This document shows positions 28,988 through 43,019 of a stretch of 64,000 nt of DNA, piece after piece; within the stretch, counting starts at the first letter, position 1, and every line of letters starts with the position of its first letter. The notes below the pieces were generated by a model. That model was not told where the DNA came from. It did no database searches and saw nothing but the letters and a program-made list of their open reading frames with translations. The DNA is from the human T2T-CHM13v2.0 reference genome, Homo sapiens, in NCBI RefSeq assembly GCF_009914755.1, contig NC_060930.1; one strand, written 5' to 3'. A program made the position numbers and the translations under genes.

Positions 28988-29293
28988 GGCCACGTGCGGT
29001 GGCTCATGCCTGTAATCCCAGCATTTTGGGAGGCCTAGTGGGAAGATCACCTGAGGTCAGGAGTTTGAGACCTGCCTGGACAACACGGTGAAACCCTGTC
29101 TCTACCAAGAATACAAAAGTTAGCCGGGCAGGATGGTGTGCACCTGTAGTCCCAGCTAGTAGGGAGGCTGAGGCAGGAGAATCACTTGAACCCAGGAGGC
29201 AAAGGTTTCAGTGAGCTGAGATCATGGCACTGCACTCCAGCCTGGGCAACAGAGCAAGACTCCACCTCAAAAAATAAAAGTAAAAATAAATAA
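28988..29293 (+). mobile_element. AluS
   Basis: Full dimer; degenerate TSD ending cattggc. Confidence 0.95.
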
Positions 29294-31326
29294 TCCATTG
29301 GCATCCAGTGCTTTTCACATAAGCTACAAAACCTTACAGGTCTGGCCTCATCCCACTATGCAATCTCACCCATCCCCATCCATCTCTGGAACCTCCTCCC
29401 CTTCTCTGACTGTGGCCTCCTTCTTCCAGCACCATCCCTCTGGCAGGAATCCTCTCCTCCCTTCTCCATTCCCACCTTTGCTGGTTAACTCCTAGCTTCC
29501 TTCAGTCCACAGGGCAATGACTGCCTCCTAAGGGAAGCCTTCCATCACCTTCCCAAATGGGGCAATTTCCTCTTTGAGGCTCTCAAAATCACGTGGCATC
29601 TCCCACTCTAGCCAAGCCTGCACTTCTGGTGTGGTTCTCTGAGGCCACGAGACATTTAGCCACAAGAAACCAGGCACTGTGTTTTGGGGTGGGGGGCGGG
29701 GGTTGATGGTTTGTTTTTGGAGTTTTGTTTGCTTTTTTTTTTTTGCTTGCCATTGTGTCCCACCACCACCACACATAGCACAGTACCTTGCAACTAGTCA
29801 GATCTCAAAAATGCTGAATAATTGAATCCCAAGAATTCAGAACAACTGGGAGCAAGCAAGTCTGAATTACTTAATCTGAATCACTGCATTTTTATGAAGG
29901 AATGCAGTGCTCTTGCTTACAAATATGGGCATATAATTGGATGAAACGGGTCGTTGTGGAGCTACCTGTAGGCGTTCAGGACAAGGAGGGGAGCAGGAGG
30001 AACATCTGACGTGGCCATTGAGCGCACACCACATGCTAATGCAGAGAGAAGAAATAAATGCTCACAAAATGGCAATTCCAAAAGATAACACATCATGTAA
30101 AGCCTTGATAAACACAAACACAGATCCTCAGGAAGCTCAGGTGCAAGAGAGATCAGCATAGACCCAGAAGGATCGGGGATGTCTTTGTGCGCAAGCACAT
30201 CCCTGATCGAGGGCACAAAGGGCAGGGAGACAAGGATGAAGCGTTCAGGAGTAGAAGACCCTCTTGGCAGGAGGCTGGTGAGCAGACTTGGGAGGAGGAG
30301 AACGGCTGACCGCTCTGTGAGGCAGGGTGGATGCCAGTCGGGGGATCAGCTTATAAAGCTCCCTGATATGTGTTTGTTCTTTATGCAGAAGATGGTGGGA
30401 AGCTTGCTAACCGTCTGGGAGGGAAGTAGTTTAAGAGAAAGTTTTAGAAAGACAGGTCTGGAACGGTGTACAAAGTGGACTGGAGGTTGAACCCTGTGAT
30501 TTCTTAGCTGCGACCTGCCTCCCAGAATGGAGGCAGGGTGCTGGGTTGGCCTTATCCACATGGGGGAGGAAAGCTGAGGTGGCCACACTCAGGTCTCACA
30601 CCTCCCCTGGGGAGGTAGGGGAAGTGCTGCCTTCTTCATGGGGTCGGGAATGAAGGACGGTTCATTTATGACGCAATACAAAATGTCCAGCTTCCAAGAG
30701 CCAAACCTGTGCACCAGGACCTGAAGCTTCCTGGGCATACGGTAAAGGGAGAAAGAAAGACCTACCCCCTCTTCATGGTGAAAGGATCACATCTCATAAT
30801 CCTAGGCTAATTCAATGCACAAAACAGTCTACACTCCAGCACTTTTTTCTTCCAGTCTTAGGACGCATCTACATCCCATTGAGATTGTTATGGATGACCA
30901 ATTCTAGAAACTGCCAGATTCGTTAATGGGTTGGAGTATATTTTGTGAAAAAAATTGCTCCCATTAATGAAGTTTTAGGGGCCCGTCAATCCTCAAAAAT
31001 GGAAAAAGATCAACTGGATTTTGGAGCTGTAGAGGCATAAGAAATACACAGTATGAAATATTGAAACTTTATTCCATTATGAATGAATACAATGTTTTCC
31101 TAGTCACATTGGAGTGACATTGATCTAGCATTGGTGCCATGTGGCAATGCCCTCTTAGTTTTTTAATTCTAAAAGAAACCAATATACTACAATTAAGCAA
31201 CTATACTATTGAATATAGTGTAATTCTTATAACCCTCTTTGAATATTTTTATTTTTAGGTAAAGGCACATCTCAATTTTTAGAAATTTATGTAAACTCAA
31301 AAAGTGAAAACTTCTTTTCTGTTAAC

Positions 31327-31459
31327 TTTTTTTTTTTTTTGAGATAGGATCTTGCTCTGTGGGCCAGGCCGGAGTGCAGTGACACAATCACAGCTCACTG
31401 TACCCTGAACTCCTGGCCAGCCTCCAGTGATCCTCCCACCTCAGCCTCCACTCCCGGCT
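31327..31459 (-). mobile_element. AluJ/FRAM-like partial element
   Basis: Poly(T) plus gagataggatcttgctctg...gatcctcccacctcagcctcc. Confidence 0.8.
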
Positions 31460-31599
31460 CATCTGATAATTCTTAAGAGTTTATAAATTTCCAGTGAGGC
31501 TTTGCTTTTAAAGAGTGCTAAGCCTTAGGAGTTATTTTAGAGAGATTTGTTCAATGACTACATTGTGTCCCTTAAATAAAAAGATGGGTGAGAAGGGCT

Positions 31600-32035
31600 A
31601 CAAAAATAATTTTCTAATAACCAAATAGGCAATACACAAAGAGCTCTGCTGAGATATTGATAGAAAAAATGAATTTTTCAAAAGAATACCCTGAAGAAAA
31701 TTTATCAAAAGAAATGAACAGTTGATTTGCTGAAGATAAAATATAAATATCAAAAGAAAAGGGCAGGATTTTACAACATCTGTTAAAATTGTAAATGCCC
31801 ATACCCCCTTGAACCAGCAATGCAATCTTTGAAAACTCACACTTTCAGAAATAAAAATCGTAGCATATTAGAACATACATACAAAGGTGCTTATTGCAGA
31901 CGTGTTTGTTAAGAAAAAGGGAAAATTCTAAATGTCCATCAAAAAGAATGTATTCATACTATGAAACAGTATGCAACTATTAAAAAGAATGGGCTAGGTC
32001 TCTCTGTGTTACCCAGAGCAATGTCCATGATATAT
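31600..32035 (+). mobile_element. Old L1ME fragments
   Basis: ataccccttgaaccagcaat...aaatgtccatca...tgcaactattaaaaagaat. Confidence 0.65.
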
Positions 32036-32039
32036 TAGC

Positions 32040-32185
32040 TGTTTTTGGCTTTGGGTTTTGTTTTTTGTTTAAGAGACAAGGTCTCATATGTTGCCCAGGC
32101 TACTGGAACTCCTGGGCTCAAGCAATCCTCCCACCTTGGCCTCCCAAAGTGCTGGGATTAGAGGCATGAGCCACTGCACCCAGCC
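32040..32185 (-). mobile_element. FLAM-type Alu monomer
   Basis: agagacaaggtctc..tgttgcccaggct...cccaaagtgctgggatta. Confidence 0.85.
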
Positions 32186-32954
32186 ATGATACACTGCTAA
32201 GCAAAAAAAGTAAAATCACACAAACTGCAGATTCTTGTTACACACATACACACACACAGAGATTTTAAGTTATAATTGTCATGCAATAAAATACATCTAT
32301 TAAGCATACCATTCAATGAGTTTTAACTAATACATACATCCATTTCCCACCACCACAGTTAAGATACCAAACATTTCCATTACCCAAAATTGTTCCTTTG
32401 TGCCTCTTTGCAGTTAATCTCCCTACCAGCCCCAGGAAATCACTGAATTTCTCTCTGTCCCTATAGATTAATTTTGCCTAATTTAGGATCTGATATACAT
32501 GGAATCATATAGTGTGTGCCCTTTGTGTTGCTTTCAGTTTTTACCTGTTTTATAAAGCTGATATTAACATGTGTGTACATGTCTTTGGACAAACATGCTT
32601 TTTCATTTTTCTCGGGTAACTGTGAGAGAAATTCCTAGGTCACATGCTAAGTGTGTGTCTAACTGTATAAGGAAATGTCAAACAATTCTCCTACCAGCAA
32701 TGCATGAGATTTCCAGTTGCTCTACATCTTTGCCTACACTCAGTATTGTCAGTCTTTTACATTTTAACCATTTAATTAGATGTACAGTGGTATCTCATTG
32801 TGGCTTTAATTTGCATTGACATGAAAACTAATGCTGAGCATCTATTTGTACTTATCAGCAATTTATATTCGCATTTATTGCTTTGAATATCTTTTGCGAA
32901 CTGACTCTTTGCCTATTTTTTAATTAGATTGTCTTATTGTTGAATTGTAAGAGT

Positions 32955-33262
32955 TTTTTATTTTTATTTATTTATTTTTTTTGAAATGGAGTCTCACTCT
33001 GTCCCCCAGGCTGGAGTGCAGTGGTGCAATCTCAGCTCACTGACACCTCTGTCTCCCAGGTTCAAGCGATTCTTCTGCCTCAGCCTCCCGAGTAACTGAA
33101 ACTATAGAAGCGTGCTACCACACCCGGCTAATTTTTGTATATTTAGTAGAGATAGGGTTTCACCATGTTGGCCAGGCTGGTCTCAAACTCCTGACCTCAT
33201 GATCCTCCCGCCTCGGCCTCCCAAAGTGCTGGGATTACAGGCATGAGCCACCATACCGGGCC
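32955..33262 (-). mobile_element. AluS
   Basis: Full dimer. Confidence 0.95.
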
Positions 33263-33577
33263 TTTTATTTTTATTTATTTATTTTTTTGAGATGAAGTCT
33301 CACTCTGTCACCCAAGCTGGAGTGCAATGGTGCAATCTCAGCTCACTGCAATCTCCACCTCCCAGCTCCCAGGTTCAAGGGATTCTCCTGCCTCAGCCTC
33401 CCAAGTAGCTGGGATTACAGGCACCCACCACCACACCTGGCTAATTTTTTGTATATTTAGTAGAGACGGGGTTTCACCACATTGACCAGGCTGATCTCAA
33501 ACTCCTCACCTCAGGTGATCTGCCTGCCTCGGCCTCCCAAAGTGGTAGGATTACAGGCATCAGCCACCACGCCTGGC
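33263..33577 (-). mobile_element. AluS, in tandem with the previous Alu
   Basis: Full dimer. Confidence 0.95.
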
Positions 33578-33613
33578 AAGGGTTCTTTATATATTCTTGA
33601 GCCAAGTTTTTAG

Positions 33614-33973
<360 letters not shown>

Positions 33974-34080
33974 TAATGGTGCTTTTTCAAAGAGGAGTTT
34001 TTAACTTTGATGATAAGGCCCAACTTTCTAATTGTTTATTTTATAACTGGTGCTTTTTGTGTTCTAAAAAAACTTTGCCT

Positions 34081-34138
34081 AGTTTTACCTTTAAGTCTGT
34101 GATCAATTTAGTTTTACCTTTAAGTCTGTGATCAATTT
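34081..34138 (+). repeat. Perfect 29-bp tandem duplication
   Basis: agttttacctttaagtctgtgatcaattt x2. Confidence 0.97.
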
Positions 34139-34685
34139 CATTTTAATTTTTGTGTATAATGCAAGATAAGGATAGAGGTTCATTTTTCCTATGTGGTATC
34201 CAGGATGTTCCAGCCCCATTTCTTGAAAGAACTATCCTTTCTCCATTGGATCACATGCACTATAGGACCCATTTTTTAAAAACTATACACAAGCATGGAG
34301 GAGAATACGGAAAAGTACACATCAAATTGTTAACAATGATTACCTTCAAGGAAGTGGAATTGGAGGGGAATTGAGAGGAAACTAACACCCTTTTTTCTTA
34401 CACATTTCTTTGGGGACTGCTCACCTTTTAATTTCCAAAGAAAGGAAACGTAACGTATTACCATCTGATATAAAAATAATGTAGAATTAGAAGGGGTCTT
34501 TGCTGAAGACAGTGAGATCATTTCAGCACCAAGCATGAGGTGATGGAGCCTAGACCAAAGGATGCCATCCAATGAGTGGGGGTGACAGAGACAACAAATG
34601 TTTGGAAGGTAGCACAGTGGACTGGGTGGCTTGTAGGAGGAAGGGGAAGAGGAAAGCAAACAGGACTCCAAGGTTCTGTTTTCTT

Positions 34686-35607
34686 TGAGTTTTTGAGACA
34701 GAGTCTCCTTCTCTCACCCAGGCTGGAGTGCAGTGGCATGACCATGACTCACCAAAGCCTTGAACTCCCAGCAATCCTTCTACCTTAGGCCTCTGTTATA
34801 AGTAAAATGTTTATTTAGAAACAGAATGCTTGTTCCTTGGTACCACAAGGAAAAATCAGCATTTAGACAAAAAGTTTTCTCAGCAAGGCAATTTTACTTT
34901 CTGCAGAAAGGGTGCTCCTTGCAGATGGAACAATGGCAAGAGCACACCTGAACAAAGGAGGGAAGCAATTTTTATCCCTTACGCAGTTTGTCCCTGTTAC
35001 TGTGTCCTGTCTCCACTGGCTGGAGCCAGACTGCACAATCTAAATTAAACCCAACTGGCTAATAATTAAAAACTTTCCTAAATAGGTAAAGGCAAAAGAG
35101 AACAAAGGAAAAGAGGAAGTTGCTTGTGAGAGGACTTAGAAAAGTAATAATATTTCCAAATAAGGAAGGGGCATAGGCTGTGAGCTGGAATGTGCCTGTG
35201 AGCATGTCCACTACAAATATCTTGGTTAAAGTACAAGGACAGAGAATGTACTTATCCCCTTATATCTAGCAGCCACATAAGATAGGGCTTAACAAAGAGT
35301 TATTAGCACAAAGAGAAGAGGCTTGAAGGAAGTTAGTCTTTAAAAGAAACTATTATTTCTAACATTTATGATTTATTCTTTAACAAGAAGGGAAACTTTG
35401 AAGAGGAAACTTTTTACTTTCTACACCCTCCCAAGTAGCTGGGACTACAGGCACACACCACCACACTTGGCTAATTTTTGTATTTTTTGTAGAGACAGGG
35501 TTTCGCCCTGTTGCCCAGGCTGGTCTCAAACTCCTGGGCTCAAGCCATACTCCAGTCTCAGCCTCCCAAAGTTCTGGGATTACAGGTGTGAGCCAACACA
35601 CACAGCC
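34686..35607 (-). mobile_element. AluJ split by an LTR10 insertion (pieces at 34686-34793 and 35426-35607)
   Basis: The Alu sequence resumes in register (cctc|ccaagtagctggg) after the LTR. Confidence 0.9.
34794..35425 (-). mobile_element. LTR10-family (C/E-like, HERV-IP10) solo LTR
   Basis: The reverse complement starts TGTAGAAAGTAAAAAGTTTCCTCTTCAAAGTTTCCCTTCTTG and ends TATAACA; TSD gcctc/ccctc. Confidence 0.85.
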
Positions 35608-36404
35608 AACTCCAAGTTTTTAGCCTGGAAAAATGATGATGCCTGGTGAAAAACAAAAAAGGAAACTGGGGTGAGGAGCTAATTTTATAAATGAAACAAT
35701 GCACGTAGCTGAATTTGAAGGGACCACAGAACATTTGACTGGGAATGTCCAGCCAGCTGTCAAAGATAAATCAATCACTTGATCTAGAATAACGAAGTGT
35801 CTCTAAGCAAGGGTTCTTGGGACATATTTGTTATTTCCACATGTTCTGAGCACCTGCCAGGAGCAGATTTGCCATACTGGGCACACAGGGAACGGAGATG
35901 GACAGGGCTGGACCTGCCCTCAGACTCATACTGAGTGCAGAGAGAGAGTGCTGCAGAATTAGCTGTAATTACTACTTCAAGAATGGAGATGAGTGGTGCA
36001 GAGATCTCAGATACATTGTCTGTATGTAGATGGTGCTGCTAAAGTATTTAAGCTTGCTTAGAAATAGTTCCCTTAATTATTTTCAGCACTCTGCCCGAGT
36101 CTTGTTTACACTATTAATTTATTTCACAAACCCTTTCTTAGCAAATAATGCCAACAGATCCAGTGGGACTTAGCAAGAATAAATGGAATCTAAATTAAAG
36201 TAAGCAGCCTGTGTCGATTTTTATTTCTGCTTTTTCAGATAAAACAGCAGAGATTCATTAGGTATACAAGAGTATATCAGTGAATACAGTATAGCTGAAG
36301 AACTAACCATACCTGGTTTTCTTGAAGAAAAAAAAAAAAGGGACAGTCCCCCATTTATGAGGAAATAAGTTTAGGATTCTCAGAAGAACATAATCAATGA
36401 GAAA

Positions 36405-36625
36405 TCACTAATATTTATTAAGAGTTTACCATGTGCCAGACACTATGCTGAGGCAGGCTTCATTCATCATCTCATTTAAATATCACAAAACCCCTGAGGG
36501 TTTTATAACAAGGCCTTTACATATGAGGGAACCAAGGCTCAGAAAGGTAAAGCAACTTGTCCAATGTCACCCAGCTAATGAATGAAAGAGTGGAGACTGG
36601 AACTCAAGTCTGTCTTACTTCACAG
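36405..36625 (-). mobile_element. MIR
   Basis: catgtgccagacactatgct...tgagggaaccaaggctcagaaaggtaaagcaacttgtcc. Confidence 0.85.
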
Positions 36626-36701
36626 CTCATGCTCTGAAATAAGAATACATATACGAATATAAATAATAGCTATCACTTATGGGGCTAATACTATATGCTA
36701 A

Positions 36702-37136
<435 letters not shown>

Positions 37137-37859
37137 TAAGAACGAAGAATATATATGGAAACAAATCAGTCATCTGATTAGGTTACAGGATTTGGAGTAA
37201 TTTTTATCTTAGTTGTTTATTAAAGCATTTTGCCATGAATCAACATTTTATTACAAGAAAGAATAAGAGCTTGTTTAGTATCCATTCCGTAAACTATTAG
37301 GTGAACAATCATGGGGAAAAGTCCCCCAACCTCTCTGAGCTTCAACTTCCTCATATGCAAAAGGGGGCAACTTCTACCATCTGCTCCTCAGAGGTACCAT
37401 AAAACTCAAGTGAGATGAATGTCTGTGAAAGTACTTCAGATGTACTTTACATGTAGGCCTAAAGCCAAAGATGGGTTAACCACATTGATACTCAACATGA
37501 GTTTGCTCACTCAGATGCTGTAAACAACATGTAAGAGAGTAGGCATTAATAATGAAAACAGCTTGGTGCTGGCATGTGAATGCACAGACGGAGCAATAGA
37601 GAGACTAGAAATAGACCAACCGCATATGGGAATTCAATGTATGATCAAGTGGAATTTAAATCACTGGGGGAATGAGATATTTCAATGAGTATCTCAGAAC
37701 AACTGGGCAGCCAAATGGAAAAATAATATCTGATGCCACTTTATCACTTATCTAACAGAATTTCCAGATGTTTCAAAGATTTAAATATAAAAATAATCAA
37801 ACTATAAATTCCTAGGAGATCACATCAGAGAATTTTTCTTTTTTTCTAGAAATGAATAC

Positions 37860-38152
37860 CTTCCGCACGGTGGCTCACGTCTGTAATCCCAGCACTTTGG
37901 GAGGCCAAGGCAGATGGATCACCTGAGGTCGGGAGTTCAAGACCAGCCTGGCCAACATGGCAAAACTCCGTGTCTACTAAAAATACAAAAATGGTGGCGG
38001 GCGCCTGTAGTCCCAGCTACTTGGGAGGCTGAGGCAGGAGAATGGCTGGAACCTGGGAGGTGGAGTTGCAGTGAGCCGAGATCGTGCCGTTGCACTCCAA
38101 CCTGGGAGACAGAGTGAAACTCCATCTCAAAGAAAGAAAGAAAGAAAGAAAG
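37860..38152 (+). mobile_element. AluS
   Basis: Dimer with (GAAA)n tail; gaataccttt/gaataccttc flanks. Confidence 0.93.
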
Positions 38153-38639
38153 AATACCTTTCCAAATAAGACACAAAGGTACAAAAGCTATAGAGAAAAA
38201 AGTTTTAATTTGCCTATCTAAAAATTAAAAATTCCTGAAAGGACAAAAAATGCCACAAAGTAAAAGACAAGCGACAAACTGGGAGATAATAAGGTAACAT
38301 AACATACCCAACAGACAAGGGGCTAAATCCCATAATAATTAATTAATTAACAAATATTTAATGAGCAACTGTTATGCGCCAGGCACCATTCCAAGCATTT
38401 GAGACTTCAGAACAATTAGAATTCCCTGCCTTATGGAGCTCATATTCTGTTGGGGAACATACAGAAATCTTGCATATTAGTAGGAAAGCACAATAAAAAA
38501 TGAACTATAAATAGCTGACAAGGCTGTTAACACAAGTGGTATTAAACACCAGAAAAGTGTTCACTCTCCCTCAAAACAAATGAAATGTAAGATCTCCCTG
38601 GTTGTCTAGTGGATAGGGAAAAAAATAAGAATAAAAATG

Positions 38640-38938
38640 AGTCCAGTGCAGTGGCTCACGCCTGTAATCCCAGCACTTTGGGAGGCCGAGGTGGGTGGAT
38701 TACCTGAGGTCAGGAGTTCGAGACCAGCCTGATCCATATGGCAAAACCCCGTCTCTACTAAAAATAGAAAAATTAGCCGGGCATGGTGGCATATGCATGT
38801 AGTCCCAGCTACTTGGGAGACTGAGACAGAAATGCTTGAAACCAGGAAGCAGAGGTTACGGTGAGCCAAGATCACGCCATTGCACTCCAGCCTGGGTGAC
38901 AGAGAGACACACAAAAGATTATAATAAAAAATAAAAAT
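38640..38938 (+). mobile_element. AluS
   Basis: Dimer; aataaaaatga on both sides. Confidence 0.93.
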
Positions 38939-39009
38939 GAAATGCAAGTTAAACTTTAGTAAGATACCATCTTCATCCATTGACTTTGCAAAATCAAAAA
39001 GTATAATAA

Positions 39010-39614
<605 letters not shown>

Positions 39615-40089
39615 AACCCTGTCTCTTAAAAAAAAAAAAAAAAGTATAATAATATGCCATGTTGACAAAGGTATACAGAAATGGGCACTCTCTTGCATCC
39701 TTGATATGAGTATAGATTGGTTCAACGTCTTTGAAAAGCAATTTGTCAATATCTATCACAATTGCAAATACTTGTGCTCTTTAGCCCAACAATTTTGCTT
39801 CTAAGAATTTATGCTACAGATATATTTGTATATGTGTGTAGTGGGAGGTATAAAAGGCTGTTTGCTGTATGTACCATTGCTTCCAATGGAGAAAGGTTGA
39901 CACACAGCCTAGATATCTATCACTAAGAGAGTATTTAAACAAACAGGGACTCTAAAATACTAGAAGTTGTTTAAAAATATAGAGTTGCTGAAAAGAATGA
40001 GGCAGGTATATATGTACAAAAGATTCTTCAAAATATATGAAGTGAACAAAAGCCAAGTTCTGAACAGTTATGTACAATGCTATACTGGT

Positions 40090-41230
40090 AAATGCTTAAC
40101 AACATAAAAACACTATAAGTACACAGATATGTACATGAGATAATTACAAAGTTTACTAATAAAAAGGATGTATAGTACATAATTTGCAAATAAAATATAC
40201 AAGTCTTTATTGTAAATTCCATTCTATAATGTCAATGTGACTTGCTATTTCTTAAAAATTCCAATGTCGTTAATAATTTTATCATCCATGATTGTGTCCC
40301 AAAATAATACTCTGAATAAGCTTAATTATAATTTGATCAGCAGAGAAGTTGCTCATATCATTGACAAATGTGTGTGGTTCAAACATGAATGTTGGTTGAT
40401 ATTTCATTTTTATTCATAATTAAAATGGAAATGAGACAACAAATATGTATGTTGGAACTTCACTTGTCTATCAATGACATGAGCAACTTCTTTGCTGAAT
40501 TAGATGATAGTTTTTGAATACTGGAAGAATATTTCCTGAAGTTTTTGTGCTCATCACAATGTAACAGACTCAGACATAACACTCATGTTAATTCTTCTTC
40601 TTATTATTTTCTCCATCACTTTCTTAAGTCTAGACCAAGAGTCAGCAAACCATGGCCCTTGAGCCGAATCTAGCCTGCTATCTGGCTTTGCCAATAAAGC
40701 CTGGAACATAGCCACGTTCATGACTTATCCACGACTGCCTTTGCACTACAACAACAGGGTTGAGTGTTGCAACAGAGACCGTGTGGCCCACAAAGCCTAA
40801 AATATATACTATCTGGCCTTTTACAGACAACTTTTGCAGACCTCTGGTCCGGACAATGAACAACCCATAGAACAAGATCTGATTTGTAATGTTTGCTGAT
40901 CTCCAAAGTGTAAATACTCCCACCATGACCAATTGGAAGCCACTGACAAGTCCTCACTAAATGCAGAATTGAGAAGAAACACGAATAGCACATCATTGTA
41001 TGGTATTTCCACTCTACCAATGGATGTGAATAACCTCAAGAACACATAATGTTGAGATGTGGAAAAATCATCAGGAAGCCGTGAGTTTTGACTATTTGCT
41101 TTTTAGCTAATTAATTATAAGGTCACATAATTTAGTGTTTAATAATCACTATGTTAACAACCAGCTCACAGCATTCCTGAAAATTTCACAGTTGGCTCCT
41201 GTAAGCTGATATGGCCAGCCCCAGCTCATG
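40090..41230 (-). mobile_element. MER63D-like (hAT-Blackjack)
   Basis: ctgatttgtaatgtttgctgat..gtgtaaatactcccaccatg; internal inverted repeat agaagttgctcat...atgagcaacttct. Confidence 0.7.
40636..40846. mobile_element. MER58A inserted in MER63
   Basis: gtcagcaaac..tggccc...tggcccacaaagcctaaaatatatactatctggcc; 8-bp TSD gtctagac/gtccggac. Confidence 0.85.
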
Positions 41231-42077
41231 ACAGGTTACGGTATGCTGTCAATTGTGTGGAAAACGTATCGGGAGGTCATGACTGTATATCCACATAAGC
41301 TTCTCTATGCACAGAGTATCTCTGGAAGATGCATAAGAAATTGCAACAGCTGTTGCTTCCGCAGTGGGCAAATGGAGGTCTGGGAGTTGAGTTGGGGATG
41401 CACATTTATTTTTTACTATATGTTCTTTTGTAGAGAATATAAATTGGTATGAATTTTTTAAGCATATGTCTGTGTTACCCTTAAATCCCAATGGATCTTT
41501 TATAAGCAAGCTCTTCCATCTTTTTTTTCCCGAGTCTCCCCTTCACCCTGCAGTGTCTCTGCAATGCTGGTAGAGTGGGCTGGCACAGCCCCCGCCTCTG
41601 GCCTGGTCCGGGTCCAACCTGCCTGCCTCCTGGGGCAGCAGCTCCCTGAACGAAGAGCCGCGGAGACCGAAGAACTCAGTGAATCAGCAGTTCTCCCAGA
41701 TGAAACGCTGGCCTGAAAGCAGCCTCAAGAGCTTTGGCCCGTCACCTTGCCTTGCCTTCTCTTCCTTCCTCGTCCTCTGTTTGTTCATCTTTCCTGAAAA
41801 AATTAAGTCAGCTGTTCCCCTTAACCAATTTCCCTGGCATTCTGAAGGGTAGGCCACATGGCCCACCTGCCAGCTACTCCCACCTGCCAAGCCTTCCTGA
41901 CTATATTTACCCTGGTACTCCCATGTCCCGGGGCTGCTTCAGCAGAGCCAAGGACACACCCAGGTGTTTGTTTTCTAGGTCAGATTTCCTCAGCCATGGG
42001 TGTATCTGTGCTTGTCCCTCAAAATCCTCATAGCTCCTTTCCCCACCCCAACTTCCAGGCCAGACGGGGTTCAGGGG

Positions 42078-42210
42078 TGTCTCAGCTAAGGTTCCCCTGA
42101 AGCAGACACAAATTAGTACAAAAGGGACTTATTAGGAGGTGATCCTTAAAAATTTGGGCAGGAGAATGGAAAGGGTGGACACAGACAAAAAGGATGCCAA
42201 GTGAGAATGT
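42078..42210 (-). mobile_element. LTR16-like fragment
   Basis: tgtctcagctaaggttcccctgaagcagac...ttattaggaggtgatcc. Confidence 0.55.
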
Positions 42211-42224
42211 GATGATTACTGCTG

Positions 42225-42640
42225 CAGTTTTCTACAGCTGCCTGTCAAACTATCCCAACACAGTGGCATTGACCAGCAGCCATTTTCGCTATGCCCACAG
42301 CTTCTGTGGGTCAGGCGTTTGGACAGGGCAATGGGAACAGCTTGTTTCTGTTCCATAGTGTGTGAGGGAGGCCTCAACTGGAAAACTCAAAGACCGGGGT
42401 GGCTTGATGACTGGAGGCTGGAACCATCCGGAAGCTTCTTGAAGCTGGGTTGACTTACATGTGGTCTTGCATGTGAGTTGGGCTTTTCACATCATGGCTG
42501 TTGGGTTCCAAGAGGCAGTGTCTGGGGAACAAGAGTTCCAAGACACCAAGGCAGAAGCTGCTAGACCTTTTTTGACCTCGCTTCGGATGTCAGCAATGAA
42601 GTTCTGTGGATTCAACTGCATTCTATTGGTTACCAGCAGT
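42225..42640 (-). mobile_element. MLT1H-type LTR
   Basis: ttctgtgggtcagg..tttggacagggc...ggctggaaccatccggaagcttc. Confidence 0.7.
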
Positions 42641-42699
42641 CGCTTGAATCTGATTAGCTCCAAAACTGAGTGAGCCTCTGGCAAGAGTGCATTGCAGAA

Positions 42700-42960
42700 G
42701 GGCACATCCAATGAGAGGCGCTGCTGTAGTAACAGGGACCTCTCCAATGGCCTGTTTGAGTGCTCTCAGAATATGGCACCTGGGTTCCTCCAGAGCAAGT
42801 GATCTGAGAGAGAGCAAGGAGAAGGCCACTCTGCCTTTCATGACTCATCTCAGAAGTCACACACTATCACAGGTTCTGTTCTGTTCATTGGAAGTGAGTC
42901 ATGAAGTCCGGCCCACACTCAAGAGAAAGGAAATTATGCTCCTTCTTTTGAAATGAGTGT
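42700..42960 (-). mobile_element. MLT1F-type LTR fragment
   Basis: gggacctctcca..ggcctgtttgagtg...gaagtcacacac...gcccacactcaag. Confidence 0.65.
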
Positions 42961-43019
42961 AAGAAAGTAAAACTTTGTCAAATGTGTATGTGTGTGTGTG
43001 TGTGTGTCCCTAAACTATG

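Larger units (their letters stand above)
27590..29825 (+). mobile_element. L2 (RT region to 3' end), interrupted by MLT1J, a tandem duplication and an Alu
   Basis: Degenerate cagggctctatcc...ctcatccacagtcatggctttc...; ctctcacctggaccactgcagtagcctcctaactgg; 3' end atagcacagtaccttgc...tgctgaataattgaat. Confidence 0.8.

Noticed and set aside
40344-40491. 21-bp inverted repeat (agaagttgctcat.tcattga) about 105 bp apart
   Set aside because: Appears to be an intrinsic internal palindrome of the MER63 element rather than a locus-specific structure.
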